The translations under genes and the position numbers were made by a program. From contig BROI01000007.1 in assembly GCA_027923505.1 (NCBI GenBank), forward strand, positions 1-64,000: a stretch of 64,000 nucleotides of DNA. Reading direction: 5' to 3'. Positions 46,463-60,117 of this stretch are shown here, piece by piece. The notes below the pieces were generated by a model. It was given only the letters and a program-made list of their open reading frames with translations, did no database searches and was not told the origin of the DNA. How positions within the stretch are numbered: position 1 is the first letter of the stretch; every line of letters begins with the position of its first letter. The stretch comes from Mayamaea pseudoterrestris (Eukaryota).

Positions 46463-49400
46463 ATGGCGGAAACTCGCGCGCAGAAAGACGCGGCGTTTGC
46501 GCATGTTTACGAAGAGAACGTAGGCGTTTTCCAGGATCCTCAGTTCAAGGAGTTATTCGACGAACTCGGAGTAGAATCGCTTACGCAATTGATCGAGATG
46601 GAGTACGACGATTTCGCGACGAAGTGGAACGTCACGACGACGACAACGACGACAACTGACGATGGCGACAATGTCACGCAGGAAACGAGCGAACACTCGC
46701 TAACGAAGATGAAACAACGCACGATCACGAACGCGATCGAATGGTATTTGGCGCAAGAGTCGCCGGACATCAAGACATGGTCGCAACTGACCACCGAAAC
46801 GCTGGCGACGTTCGTCACAGCACGAGCGAAGGAACGAGTCCAAGCGCAACATTGCGAGCGTGGGCAGCGGAAGCGGAGCGAAACCTCCAGCGAAAGAAGG
46901 CGAAACGGAATCCAAGAAGGACGAATCGCAGGACTCCGCTAACGAACGAAGGCGACGAGTCGAAGCCCGACTCGGCCGACAAGGTGCCACCGACGAGCGT
47001 GGACGTGGACACGAAGCAGTCACCGACATCCGTACTGGACCTCGGTGACGACGAAGACGACGAGAAGTATTCAGACCAATTTACGAAGTCTATCAAGTTC
47101 TCGGCGAAGGATTGTAAAGAAATGAAGCTGGATTCCTCGTGGAAACAGTGGATTTCCGAGTTGAAAGTCATCGCTACATTGCACGACTTCCACGAAGTCT
47201 TTGACGACGATTATGACCCAAAGGAAAAGGGACCAAAGGAACAGAAGGCGTATGCAAAGAAGAATGTGTTTGTGTACAGGATCTTTCTCACGCACTGTCG
47301 AACTCCGTCTGCATCACTCGCAGTACAGCAGTTCAAGAAGACGATGGACGGACGCGAAGTCTACCAACGATTGCGAACGCGATACGAAGAAGGCGCTACT
47401 GCTCACATCGAGAAGGAACGCGCACAAACGGAACTGCAGGGAATGCGGCTGACCGAGAAGTGGTCAAGGCCGACGATCGAATTTCTCGCACTGTTCTACA
47501 AGAAAGTCATCTGGCTGCTCGAAATGGACGCAGAAGCTCTGACAGGTTTACAACGATACGACATGCTACGCGACGCTTTCTCTGAGCACACTGGATTCAG
47601 CGCATCACTAGCAGGTTTTGACGGAATGATTGCCATCAAGAAACACATGGGGCAACACGACTCGGAAGACAATTTCGCGCAGTTGTACGCGCACTTAGAA
47701 GAGTGCTGCATCAAGTATGACAAGAAACATCCATCGACGACGAAGACTAAGCGCACAATCAATCAAGCGCAGTCTAGTGGAACGAAAGGAGGCGGCGGCG
47801 GCAATGGCGGCGCGACTCCAAGCGGCTTATCGGCGGAACGATTTGCAGCGATCATGAAGAAACCTCACGCGAGCGTGAAGGATGAAGTCTGGTTGGAGAT
47901 GAAGTTCGATCAGCGAAAGCAGTTGAAGGACAAGCGTGCGACGGCGCCCAAGACACCCGAAAACGGATGGCGACCGCGCAACCAACGAGGCACGGCTACG
48001 ACGCAGACGCAAGTCAACGCGGCGCATCAAGAGCGTCACGCGACGGAATCTGTAGCGAACGATCACGCAAGCGTTCCTGGCACGATTAATATTCAGCCAG
48101 GCAATAGTGGAATGTCAGTCCAAACGGCTGCGCGATCGGTTCTGCAAGCGAACAATGCGAGTACTACAACTCAGCAAGTGACAGGATCGTTGACGACTGA
48201 TAACACCGGACGAGGTACATTCAGCTTCAACATGCATCGTCGTATGCGCGTCAATCGCGCACACTACGAGCGGATCAACGAAGGCGCGCTCATCGACAGC
48301 GGCGCGAACGGAGGCTTATGCGGAGGAGACATGCTCGTCGTTTCGGAAACGAACGCCGAGGTGGATGTGACTGGTATTGACGATCATATTGTCCCAGCTC
48401 TCAAGATTGGCACTGCAGCTGGACTGGCTAAGACCCTTAGTGGCGAAACCATTCTGCTTTTGTGTCACCAGTATGCTTTAAAGCGAGACGGACCGACGAT
48501 TCATTGCCCGAATCAATTGCGCGCAATGGGACATCGAGTCGACGATATTCCGACCATGTTTGGCGGAACGCAACGAATTACGACGAACATTGGAGGCTAC
48601 GTTTTGCCATTGGCGATTCGCGACGGCCTGGTGTACTTGGACGTGACGAAACCCACGTTCGATGATTTGGATAAGTATCCGACTGTCATCATGACGTCGG
48701 ACGTGCCGTGGGACCCGACTGTTTACGATGTCGAGCACGCGCACGACGATTTCGACGAACGAGATCACGATTATGGATCTTTTGACGAACGATTCGACGA
48801 TGACGGTATCACGCACCGCAATCGTCACACGCCGACACGCACTGGCGACGAACTTGACGTACTGATCAATCGGTGCGTGCGACACGCTCAGTTTTCACGC
48901 GTTAATTTGCGGAAGCTAAGAAGCAAGGAACCGGACTATAATGCTCTTCGGCCGTACCTCGGATGGGTCCCGACTGAGCGAGTTCAACAGACTTTACGTC
49001 ACACGGAAGCATGGTATCATCTCAGCGAACATCCGCGATTACCATTTCGACACCTCACGAAATCGAGATTTCCGGCCGCGAACGTTCAGCGGTTGCGCGA
49101 ACTATTCGCCACGGACACGATACACTCTGACACGCCCGCTTTGGATGATGGAATTCTAGGGCATGGGGGAGCTACTAAGATGCAGCTCTTTGTTGGACGA
49201 GAAAGTTTTTACACGCGCGGCTACCCGATGAAGTCGGAGAGCGAAATGTCAAACGCGTTAGAGGATTTTATCCGCGAAGTGGGCGCTCCTAACGGACTGC
49301 TCAGCGACAATGCCAAGTCGGAGACTGGCAAGGCTGTGAGGGATCTCTGTCGGATGTACAATATTCCTCAAGTGACCACAGAACCGGGTCATCCAGAACA

Positions 49401-52251
49401 AAATCCATGCGAACGCCACACGTCGCACATTAAGCCAATGATGGAGAACCTCCAACGAGATTCGGGTTCGCCAGGTCATTGCTGGGTTTTGCTGATTAAA
49501 TTCGTAATCATGATTCTGAACGTCCTCGCGACAAAATCGCTGGGATGGCGCACTCCAACGGAAGTTGCGTTCGGAAATTTGCCGGATATTTCGCCTTTGT
49601 TACATTTCAAGTGGTGGGAACCGGTCACGTTTGAGGCGCAGGGGAGTTTTCCCTCGGCGGTACGATCTGGCAACGGCCGATTCGTGGGCATCGCAGAGAA
49701 TAGCGGTCCGCACATGACTTTTCTCGTTCTGACGGACGACACGCTTCAGGCGATTCCGCGCTCCAACGTGGTCTCGCGCAGCTACTTGTTACCACGAGAG
49801 TTGCCTTCCTTCCCTGAGTCTGGAGGGGAGATTTCTGAAGAAGCTACACGCGCAAGCGAGCGAAATTTTGAAACTCCAGATCTCGCGACAGGACGCTACC
49901 ATAGCACGCATGCGACAGAAAGTAGTCACGACAACTACGAAGGAAACGACGACGAAACGATTCCGATGGCGAACCACGCCAACGTACCAGCGAAGTTCTT
50001 CAGAAGGGCTGAGCAAGAATCAGGGAATAAATGCCCTCTGTTCTCTCCAAGCGAACTCATCGGACGCACGTTCGTAAGGGAACACGAAAACGGTCAGAAA
50101 ATGCGAGCGACTGTATGCGAATATATCGAAGTACGCGATAACGAGCTACTCGAAACGACGAAAGGTTTCCTGATCCAGATGGGAGAGGAGCCAGCGAAAG
50201 ACTTAATAAGTTACAACGAACTGTCGGATTTAATCGAACGACAGATGGACGAAGATATACGAAACGATCCGGCGACTCAGTGGGTATTCACGAAGGTAAT
50301 CGGACACGAGCTTAATTTGAAACCGAACGATCCGACATACAAAGGAAGTTCAAGTAACGTTCTCGTCGAATGGACTGACGGAACGACGACGTGGGAGCCT
50401 CTCGCGATCATGAAGAAGGACGATCCGATAACGATCGCAGAGTATGGACTCAAGCACGGCTTACTCGACAAGCCAGGATGGAAGCAGCTGGAGCATTACA
50501 CTCGGAAGCGAAAGAAGTTTCGACAGATGGTGACAGCAGCGAAACGAAAATCGAAAGCAAACGGCGTACGCTACAAATTTGGCGTAAGATTGCCGCGCAA
50601 CTATAAGGATGCGAAAGCTCTCGACGAGATCAACGGCAACACGCTGTGGACGGATGCGATTCGAACGGAACTAAATCAGATAAATGATTACGACACGTTC
50701 GCAGATCAAGGAATCGGTAAGGTTATGCCGGCGCCGTGGAAACGAATAAACGTGCACATGATATTCGATGTCAAGCACGATTTGCGACGGAAAGCACGAC
50801 TCGTCGCAGGAGGACATATGACAGAGCCGCCGAAGGATTCAGTTTACTCGGGCGTTGTGTCATTGCGAAGTCTACGAATGGTAGCGATGTTAGCGGAACT
50901 CAACGGTCTGGAACTGTGGGCAGCTGACGTCGGCAACGCATACTTGGAAGCGAAAACGAAAGAGAAGGTTTATATCGTGGCAGGTCCGGAGTTCGGGGAG
51001 CTCGAGGGTCACACGCTCACGATCGTGAAGGCACTATACGGTCTTCGCACGTCAGGCGCACGCTGGCACGAACACTTTGCAGACACGCTCCGCGACATTG
51101 GCTTCACGCCGTGTATCGCAGAACCGGACGTGTGGATGCGCGATAAGGGCACGCACTACGAATACGTTTGTGTGTATGTCGACGATTTAGCGATAGCGAT
51201 GAAGAATCCGAAGGAACTAACGGATCTTTTAATTGAGAACTACAACTACAAGTTGAAGGGCGTCGGTCCATTGGCATATCATTTGGGCGCAGACGTTTGG
51301 CGGGACGACGACGGCGTACTCTGCTTTGGAGCGAAGAAATACGTCACAAGACTATTAGCGAACTACAAAGAAATGTTCGGCGAGGAACCGCGACCGCAGA
51401 CAAGTCCACTACGCGACGGCGATCATCCGGAACTCGACGAAACGAAAGAACTTGACGACGACGGAATTGCGAAGTATCAATCGATCATTGGTGCGTTGCA
51501 ATGGGCAGTAAGTTTATGCCGATTCGACATTCACTGTGCTGTCATGACTATGGGGAGATTCCGAGTTGCGCCACGAGCGGGGCACTTGGAACGGTTGAAG
51601 CATATTTGCGGATACTTACGACGATTCCCGGATGGAGCGATTCGATTCAACGTTTCGATTCCAACGGACGAGCGATACGCGACAGTTGACAAGATGGATT
51701 GGGATTACAGTGTGTACGGCAAGATCTGCGAAGAGCTTCCGTGGAACATGCCCACGCCGCGCGGCAAGGCGGTGCGAATGTCAACGTTCGAAGATGCGAA
51801 CCTGTACCACGATTACACGACGGGACGGGCAGCGATGGGCATGCTACACATGTTGAATGGAACAGTCGTCGATTGGTTTTCGAAACGTCAAGCGACGGTC
51901 GAGACGGCGACGTACGGCTCGGAGTTTGTAGCAGCGAGAGTGAGCACGGAGCAGATCATGGATCTCCGCTTCACGCTACGCATGTTGGGAGTTCCGCTCG
52001 ACGGACCTTCATGGATGTTTGGAGACAACAAGTCGGTAACGCAAAGCAGCAACTTACCGCACTCTAGTCTGACGAAGCGACACAATGCACTGGCATTTCA
52101 CCGTGTACGCGAAGCGATTGCGGCGGGAATTATTAATTTCAACCACATCATGGGAACGACAAACCCGGCGGATGTACTTACCAAGTTTCTTCCACGGGCT
52201 ACGGCAAGCAAGCACTTAAAGAATCTGCTCTTCAAGGAATCTAACTATTAG
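46463..52251 (+). CDS. Gag-Pol polyprotein of F1 copy 3, with frameshift(s) at ~46845-46940 (possibly sequencing error)
   Basis: ORFs 46403-46942 and 46741-52251 together reproduce the copy 2 protein; there is a net 4-bp loss in one short noisy patch. Confidence 0.9.
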
Positions 52252-53910
52252 GTATGACTTGAGGGGAGTTGCAGGATGCGAACGAAAACAGCGAAAATCG
52301 GGCAAGTCACACCGAATGTCCGATAGGGTGACACAGCGGCACTCGCGGCTCACCACAGCCTCACGATCGCGTGATGCGTGGCAGCGACGGCTTCGAAGCG
52401 ATTCAACGAGTATATTGCTGAAACTAGTGCGATATAGAGTAGAAACAAGCAGACTTACTAAGCTTGAAGAGTTAAGAAAGCGATTTATTCGTCTCTCGTA
52501 TTGTAGCAACTGCAAGCTTGGATTGGCCCTCCAAGGACAGCTACAAGCGAAAGGTGCAACGATTTGATTTACAAGTTACAAACTTGAAGCTTCCTATTGG
52601 TACGAGAGACCTGTCGCCCAAGAGGCCGAGGCACACCCGGACGCAGCGCAACCGGATGCGGCCCAACTGGGCGAGGAACAAGCGGGCGAGGAGCAAGCGC
52701 ATCCAGTTCAATTAGCGCGATTCGAAGGGCATCTACCACCCATCGATGTCAACCTTATCCTCAACGCATGCGAATGGTATAACATGCACGAAGGAGTCCT
52801 GAGCTCCAAACTATGGTTGGAACTTGATTTACGCAAGCTCAAAAAGTTCCAGACTACACTCGTCGAACAAGAAAGCGGTTGAAAGCGCGAAGAGATGCGC
52901 TACATCCTCGAGTCCAAGAAGAAGGAAGCCAAGCTACTTGCCAAGCAACTCGAAAATGAGAATAAGAAGGCTGAGAAGGCCGACAAGGAAGCAGATGCCA
53001 AGGGTCGATTCTTGAACATCAAGACGAAGCAAGATCACAAGGACTACAAAATGTTTCAGCATCCCCATGGGTGGTTGAGCTGGAGCGTGTCTACTAAGGC
53101 ACTAGCCAAGCTCCATGGCTGTTCTAATGTACTCGACAGCAAGTACGTACCAGTCACGGAAGAAGAGAAGGAAGAATTCAAGGACCAGCAGATCTTCATG
53201 TACACTGCGTTTCGCAATTGTCTCAAAGTACCCGGATACCAAGCGCTCCTCATGAAGTACGCTGACAAGTCTGACGCCCAAGGCATCTATCGCGAACTCG
53301 CGACCAATTTTGGTTCCGGCGAGTTAGCTACCATCCAAGCGAACGAACTACAAGCCAAGCTTGCAATGATTCGCCTAGATTCGACCCGAGGCACAAGCTC
53401 TACAACATTGAAGAATCCTGAAGAGTTCCGTCCTGGAGTGACGGATGACAAGAAGAAGTACTACTGGCTCCGAGCTGCAGTGGAAGGCGATGAAGAGTTC
53501 AGCCACACATGCACGACATTTGACCAGCACTTAGCATTTGAATGACGACGTATCGTCAGTGCAAACGGTGATCCAGAAGCCGTCGAAACGGAAGATTATG
53601 ACTATCTTTTTGTCTTATTGTCCGCGCAAGCTCTGCGCATCGACAACAAGAACGCCAAGTTGAACAAGGGCAAGAAGGGTGCCGACCGCCAAGCGAACAA
53701 CGTGAACACTTCCGGTCAAGGACATGGCAGTGGACACAATTCTGGACATGGCGGAGGACGCGGCAGCCAAAGCCAACGCCGCGCTGGATGAGACGGTGGA
53801 CGTGGCACCCAAGCGGGCCGCGGATCCGGAGGATGAGGCTCTTCCACACCACTACCAGCTGCCGGTACGCAAGCTCATCAAGAACAATTCCCCGGTGATT
53901 ATCTGAACTT

Positions 53911-54809
53911 TGACACAATATTATTGAGTTGAGTTGACCTGCGTCTTATGACAAGACGGTTAGCTACCTGTGTTTTGTATGCATTTAATCCTGTGCAGGG
54001 TTGAGTCACACTTGTGACCGAATCCTCACATACATGAGTGAAATCGCTGACGATCGAGGCGTGAACCTCGACCGTGAACCCAGTGAGAACGAGAAAGAAG
54101 CGCACGAGTAGAGTAGCGAGTAACATGCACTATTCTAGCAATTGAGTTTGTTTGTTTGCTTTACGCTGGACGAAGAGGTTGATCGCTCCGAGTCCATTGT
54201 AGTCGCTGGAATAAGTAGTTTGATGTTTATCGCGTAGATTAACAGTCTTCAGCTGGTCTTGGACCTGAGAGAGCTGTGCGAAAGAGAGAGAGTGAAAGAA
54301 TCGAGAAATTGAGGAGAGAAAAAGAGCAGATTCCTTGCGGCGTCGTCAATCCGAATACTTGACACAATATTATTGAGTTGAGTTGACCTGCGTCTTATGA
54401 CAAGACGGTTAGCTACCTGTGTTTTGTATGCATTTAATCCTGTGCAGGGTTGAGTCACACTTGTGACCGAATCCTCACATACATGAGTGAAATCGCTGAC
54501 GATCGAGGCGTGAACCTCGACCGTGAACCCAGTGAGAACGAGAAAGAAGCGCACGAGTAGAGTAGCGAGTAACATGCACTATTCTAGCAATTGAGTTTGT
54601 TTGTTTGCTTTACGCTGGACGAAGAGGTTGATCGCTCCGAGTCCATTGTAGTCGCTGGAATAAGTAGTTTGATGTTTATCGCGTAGATTAACAGTCTTCA
54701 GCTGGTCTTGGACCTGAGAGAGCTGTGCGAAAGAGAGAGAGTGAAAGAATCGAGAAATTGAGGAGAGAAAAAGAGCAGATTCCTTGCGGCGTCGTCAATC
54801 CGAATACTT
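53911..54809. repeat. Exact 449-bp tandem duplication (LTR + PBS + leader)
   Basis: 53911-54360 is repeated at 54360-54809, including the same degraded LTR end. Confidence 0.92.
54237..54249 (+). promoter_or_regulatory. Putative primer-binding site GATTAACAGTCTT of family F2 (repeated at 54686)
   Basis: Directly follows the F2 LTR and is identical to the F1 copy 3 PBS although the LTRs are unrelated. Confidence 0.78.
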
Positions 54810-57800
54810 CGCACGCGCGAGGCGTACAGCAATGAAAGCCGACCGAGCGGTTGTGTGGAGAGGACTTGCGGATCCAATTATCATGGTTTCAACTGCAGCT
54901 TCGCTTCTCTGCACGACCTTTCGGACGAGACATCCAAGAAGCTTCTTGTTTTGGAATGTAACCACCACTACCCAGATGTTGAGATTGACCAAGGAGCTTG
55001 AAGCCCCCAGTGTCGAGCAAGCTGCCATGCCAGCGCTGGCAAGAAGAAGGCGCGCAACCCGACGATGCGCAGCCGACGAGCCGGCCGAAGAACCGAGAAG
55101 GACCGCAAGAGAACGATACGAAAGACACTAGCACCAGTTCGGGAACCTCATCCTCGATGCATGCGAATGGTTTACCATGCACGACGGACCCCGAACACCA
55201 AGAAATGGGCGTTGCTGAACATAGGCAAGCTTCCGACGATACCCGGTTCTCGCGGAAAAATCAAAGGCGGAAGCGTGAAGAAGGATACTACGTGCTCGAG
55301 TCGAGCGAAGCAGAAGCCTTAACTCGCAAACCGAAATAGATGCGAAGGCCGAGAAGGCCGAAAAAAGGAAGAAGATGCCAGGGTCGTTTCTCGAACCTCA
55401 AGACGAAACGAGACTACAAGGAAAACTACAATCAACATCCCCACCGTGGTTTGGAGCGCGCCCGTACCAAGGCAATCGCCAAACTCCATGGCTGTTCTAA
55501 CGTGCTTTCGACAGCAAGTACGCATTACCAGTCACGGAAGAAGAGAAGATTAGAATTCGAGAATCAGCAAGTCTTCAGTACACTGCGTTTCGCATCTCGA
55601 AGTCCTGACGCGCGCTCTGATGAAATGGCGACAAGTCTGACGCTCAAGCGTCTATTAATTTCGCGACCACCAGTGGACCAGCATGGATGTTCGGCGACAA
55701 CGAAAGTGTCAAGAAGTCAACGATCCGCAATCGACACTACTCCCTAAGCGACCACAATCCGTTCCGCTGGCCAGGCAAGAGAGCACTTCGAGCAACCACC
55801 AAGTTCTTGCCGCATGCCACGTTCCGACCCCTGATCATTCCGATTCTTTTCTGGAAGGGTGATACGGCAAACCGATCGTTGTCACAAGCCTAGATCAAGG
55901 GGGATGACACAATATTATTGAGTTGAGTTGACCTGCGTCTTATGACAAGACGGTTAGCTACCTGTGTTTTGTATGCATTTAATCCTGTGCAGGGTTGAGT
56001 CACACTTGTGACCGAATCCTCACATACATGAGTGAAATCGCTGACGATCGAGGCGTGAACCTCGACCGTGAACCCAGTGAGAACGAGAAAGAAGCGCACG
56101 AGTAGAGTAGCGAGTAACATGCACTATTCTAGCAATTGAGTTTGTTTGTTTGCTTTACGCTGGACGAAGAGGTTGATCGCTCCGAGTCCATTGTAGTCGC
56201 TGGAATAAAGGTTCGTCTGATATTATCGTGTCAAACTTTGAACAGTTGTTGCAAGCCCCCTGGTCGTACATGTCGTATGAATGACTCGGCCGACTTAACG
56301 AGGACGAGTACGCTCAGCTCATGGCTTAACGTGAAGCCGTCCCAAGACCCGCCACAACAAGACGCGTGAACAACGGCAATTGCGCGAATAACCAGCAGTC
56401 ACAAGCGGCTTCCTTGGTGCCTGGTACAATCTTGTATCAGAATGACGCTGTCTCGATCGCTCCGACGACAGCCACTCAAGGTGCACCGGACGACATGATT
56501 AGATGCTTCCTCGCAAACGCTGCGTCGTCTCACACTCAAGCTGCGAATAACACCCAGCAAGAGTTTTGTGGCGCACATGGAACGAGGCATGGAGTGCGCC
56601 ATTGATAGCTGCAACAGACGGAGCCAAGGACAACGGTGACCGTGGTCGAGACTCGCTGGAAGTGACATGAGAATCTTGAGTACTACCAAACACACGTGTA
56701 ACGTGACAGGTTTGAGCGACCACATGGTTCGAGACCTCCAAGTTGGAATTGGCGTCGCATTGATCGAGACTCGGACTGGACCTATCATTGGTCAGTTCAA
56801 CCAGTATGCTTTGTACGACGGTGTTGAATCCGTTCATGCTCCATCGCAGCTTCGTTCGTTTGGACATCTGATTGACGACGTTGCTCACTCCCAGAATGGA
56901 GCACAAGCCATTGTCACCAGTTGTGGCAAGGCCATCCCCTTGGCGATCCGTGACGGTTTGCCTCATATGGATATGCGTCCACCGACCGACGCAGAGTTGG
57001 AAATGTATCCGACGGTCATTTTCTCTGCGGACACCCTTTGGGATCCGGCGGAGTTGGATAATGAATGGAACCAAAAGGAACTTGAGTTTAATCATTGCTT
57101 CGACGACTTGGAAGACAACCACGGTTTCGTCGACACCCGTATGGATGACTTCGGCAACGCCACCTAATGGAACAATATGAACTCAGTGGAACGTGTGGTG
57201 CAGCATGTCGATCGCAATAGGGCAGATACGACGCGCCAAGTCCATGCACGACGCATCATGCCACAAGAACCTGACTACCAAGCCCTCCAACCTTATCTTG
57301 GCGACACGCCACTTGAATGAGTCAAGCGCACATTGAAGAATACGACACAGTTTTTCCGTGCATCAACACACACCCCATTTTGCCAACACTTTAAGTCGCG
57401 ATTCCCTGCCGCCAACGTGGTTCGTTTCCATGACGATACGGTGACAGATACCTGATTCTCCAAGGAGGCCACCTTTAACGACGGAATTTGCAGACATGGC
57501 GGATGCAAGATGATGCAATTGTTTGTCAGCAAGAAGAGTTTGCTGACAAAGGGGTACCCACTGAGAACCGAGAGTGATATGCCCATGGCGCTCGAAGACT
57601 TCATTCGAGACATTGGCGCTCCCGACTTGCTCATTAGCGATAACTCGAGTGCAGCTCGGGAAGCAAGTTGAAACCTTGTTGCGATTCTACGCGATTCGTG
57701 ACCAACAGAGCGAGCCCGGATACCAGAACCAGAACCCTGCCGAGCGTTGCATCCAAGAAGTCAAGTAATCTGTCCAGAACATCATGAACCGTACAGGCGC

Positions 57801-58084
57801 GCCCGCTGGAGCCTGGCTCCTGGGCGCGTTGTACGTAATTGCCTTATTCAACAATATGGCGACCGAGTCCCTCAACTGGAAGACTCCTACTGAAGCTGCA
57901 TTCCACCGAGTACCCAACATTTTGCCGTTCCTGCAGTTTAAGTTCTGGGAACGAGTCTTGTACAAGGCTGGAGCCGATGAGGCGCCGTCATTTCCTCATA
58001 CTGGTATTTTCTTTTACTTCTCTTTGTAAGTACTTGCCATATAAAAAACCTACACAACGCACAAGCCAGCAAGGTTAACTTTAA

Positions 58085-60117
58085 TTGAAAGATGTGCTGA
58101 GAAGTTGTGTTCAGAATTTATGAGAAAAACATCTGCATTGAAAGATGTGCTGAGAAGATGTGCTGAAAAGATTTGCTGAGAAGATGTGCTGAGAAGATGT
58201 GCTGAAAAGATGTTGTTTGGAAATATATAATCTGTTCCGTTGCCGTCTTGGCAAAAACCAACTCGGATCTGTACGTTGCAGTCTGAAGATTTGCCGTTCA
58301 CTTTCACGCATGAGAAAAACATCTGCATTGAAAGATGTGCTGAGAAGATGTGCTGAGAAGATGTGCTGAGAAGATGTGCTGAGAAGATTTGCTGAGAAGA
58401 TTTGCTGAGAAGATGTGCTGAGAAGATGTTGTTTGGAAATCCTTAATCTGTTCCATTGCAGTCTTGGCAACAACCAACTTGGATCCGTACGTTGCAGTCT
58501 CAACAGTATTTATGGTCTTGGAACTGCAAAAAAACACCCGGGCTGCACCAGGGTGGAGCCGGAGGAGCTCTGGGACTTTGAAAGATGTGCTGAGAAGATG
58601 TGCTGAGAAGATTTGCTAGAAGATTTGCTGAGAAGATGTGCTGAGAAGATGTTGTTTGGAAATCCTTAATCTGTTCCGTTGCAGTCTTGGCAACAACCAA
58701 CTTGGATCCGTACATTGCAGTCTCAACAGTATTTATGGTCTTGGAACTGTAAAAAAACACCCGGGCTGCACCAGGGTGGAGCCGGAGGAGCTCTGGGACT
58801 TTGAAAGATGTGCTGAGAAGATGTGCGGAGAAGATGTGCTGAGAAGATGTGCTGAGAAGATGTGCTGAGAAGATTTGCTGAGAAGATGTGCTGAGAAGAT
58901 TTGCTGAGAAGATGTGCTGAGAAGATGTTGTTTAGAAATTTTTAATCTGTTCTGTTGCAGTCTTGGCAACAACCAACTTGGATCCGTATGTTGCAGTCTC
59001 AACAGTATTTATGGTCTTGGAACTGCAAAAAAACACCCGGGCTGCACCAGGGTGGAGCCGGAGGAGCTCTGGGACTTTGAAAGATGTGCTGAGAAGATGT
59101 GCTGAGAAGATTTGCTGAGAAGATTTGCTGAGAAGATGTGCTGAGAAGATGTGCTGAGAAGATGTTGTTTGGAAATCCTTAATCTGTTCCGTTGCAGTCT
59201 TGGCAACAACCAACTTGAATCCGTACGTTGCAGTCTCAACAGTATTTATGGTCTTGGAACTGCAAAAAAACACCCGGGCTGCACCAGGGTGGAGCCGGAG
59301 GAGCTCTGGGACTTTGAAAGATGTGCTGAGAAGATGTGCTGAGAACTGAGAAGATGTGCTGAGAAGATTTGCTGAGAAGATTTGCTGAGAAGATGTTGTT
59401 TGGAAATCCTTAATCTGTTTCGTTGCAGTCTTGGCAACAACCAACTTGGATTCGTACGTTGCAGTCTCAACAGTATTTATGGTCTTGGAACTGTAAAAAA
59501 CACCCGGGCTGCACCAGGGTGGAGCTGGAGGAGCTCTGGGACTTTGAAAGATGTGCTGAGAAGATGTGCTGAGAAGATGTGCTGAGAAGATGTGCTGAGA
59601 AGATGTGCTGAGAAGATGTGCTGAGAAGATGTGCTGAGAAGATGTGCTAAGAAGATTTGCTGAGAAGATGTGCTGAGAAGATTTGCTGAGAAGATGTGCT
59701 GAGAAGATGTGCTGAGAAGATGTTGTTTAGAAATTTTTAATCTGTTCTGTTGCAGTCTTGGCAACAATCAACTCGGATCCGTACGTTGCAGTCTCAACAG
59801 TATTTATGGTCCTGGAACTGCAAAAAACACCCAGGCTGCACCAGGGTGGAGCCGGAGGAGCTCTGGGACTTGGTGTTGAGCTCGAGGAGATTGGCTTGGG
59901 GAACCTGCAAATCCGTGCGGTTGTGGGCAGGCTGCCACAATTTGCTTGGAGCAGAGGACATCATAATATGAGGCAGTGGCATCAGCAAACAGGTCTTTTG
60001 GCAGGCACCGCTGCTCCACCATGAAGATTTGCCGTTCACTTTCACGCATGAGAAAAACATCTGCATTGAAAGATGTGCTGAGAAGATGTGCTGAGAAGAT
60101 GTGCTGAGAAGATGTTG
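58085..60117. repeat. Composite tandem repeat: ~150-bp unit containing an antisense copia RNase H fragment, alternating with variable runs of the 13-mer AAGAT(G/T)TGCTGAG
   Basis: Units start at ~58429, 58651, 58928, 59165, 59396, 59723, with a partial unit at 58213. The minus frame reads SSKTINTVETATYGSKLVVAKTATEQIKDF. Confidence 0.95.

Larger units (their letters stand above)
46004..52580 (+). mobile_element. Full-length copia F1 copy 3 (6577 bp), nested in the host gag
   Basis: LTRs at 46004-46314 and 52270-52580 (two mismatches seen), PPT at 52261-52268, flanks CAACTTT / AACTT (target duplication). Confidence 0.97.
53911..56233 (+). mobile_element. Internally deleted copia, family F2 (~329-bp LTRs, TGACAC...GTGTCA), nested in the host element, TSD AACTT
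   Basis: LTRs at 53911-54236, 54360-54685 (duplicate) and 55905-56233; PBS at 54237; PPT AAGGGGGA before 55905; AACTT at 53906-53910 and 56234-56238. A gag fragment is joined at ~55670 to the RNase H end (WMFGDNES...TKFLPH). Confidence 0.9.
45430..58005 (+). mobile_element. Older decayed copia (host element) split by two nested insertions; the 5' boundary is approximate
   Basis: A PBS-like GATTAAGCAGTTCT is at 45735. The gag frame ...TQMLRSTKEQL (to ~46002) resumes EASYW after 52585. Gag 52895-53545 is homologous to F1 gag; the protease region is 56667-57167; integrase motifs (KSRFPAANV, LEDFIRDIGAP, QNPAER) occur with stops at 57250-58000. Confidence 0.8.

Noticed and set aside
46840..46945. 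Programmed gag-pol frameshift in copy 3
   Set aside because: The other copies are continuous here, and the patch has several clustered indels typical of error or decay.
59546..59722. 13-mer as a telomeric repeat
   Set aside because: It is interstitial, lacks the G-run typical of telomere repeats, and is embedded in a larger repeat unit.
58085..60117. CRISPR-like repeat/spacer appearance
   Set aside because: The intervening segments are near-identical rather than unique, the short repeats are themselves tandem, there are no cas genes, and the context is eukaryotic.
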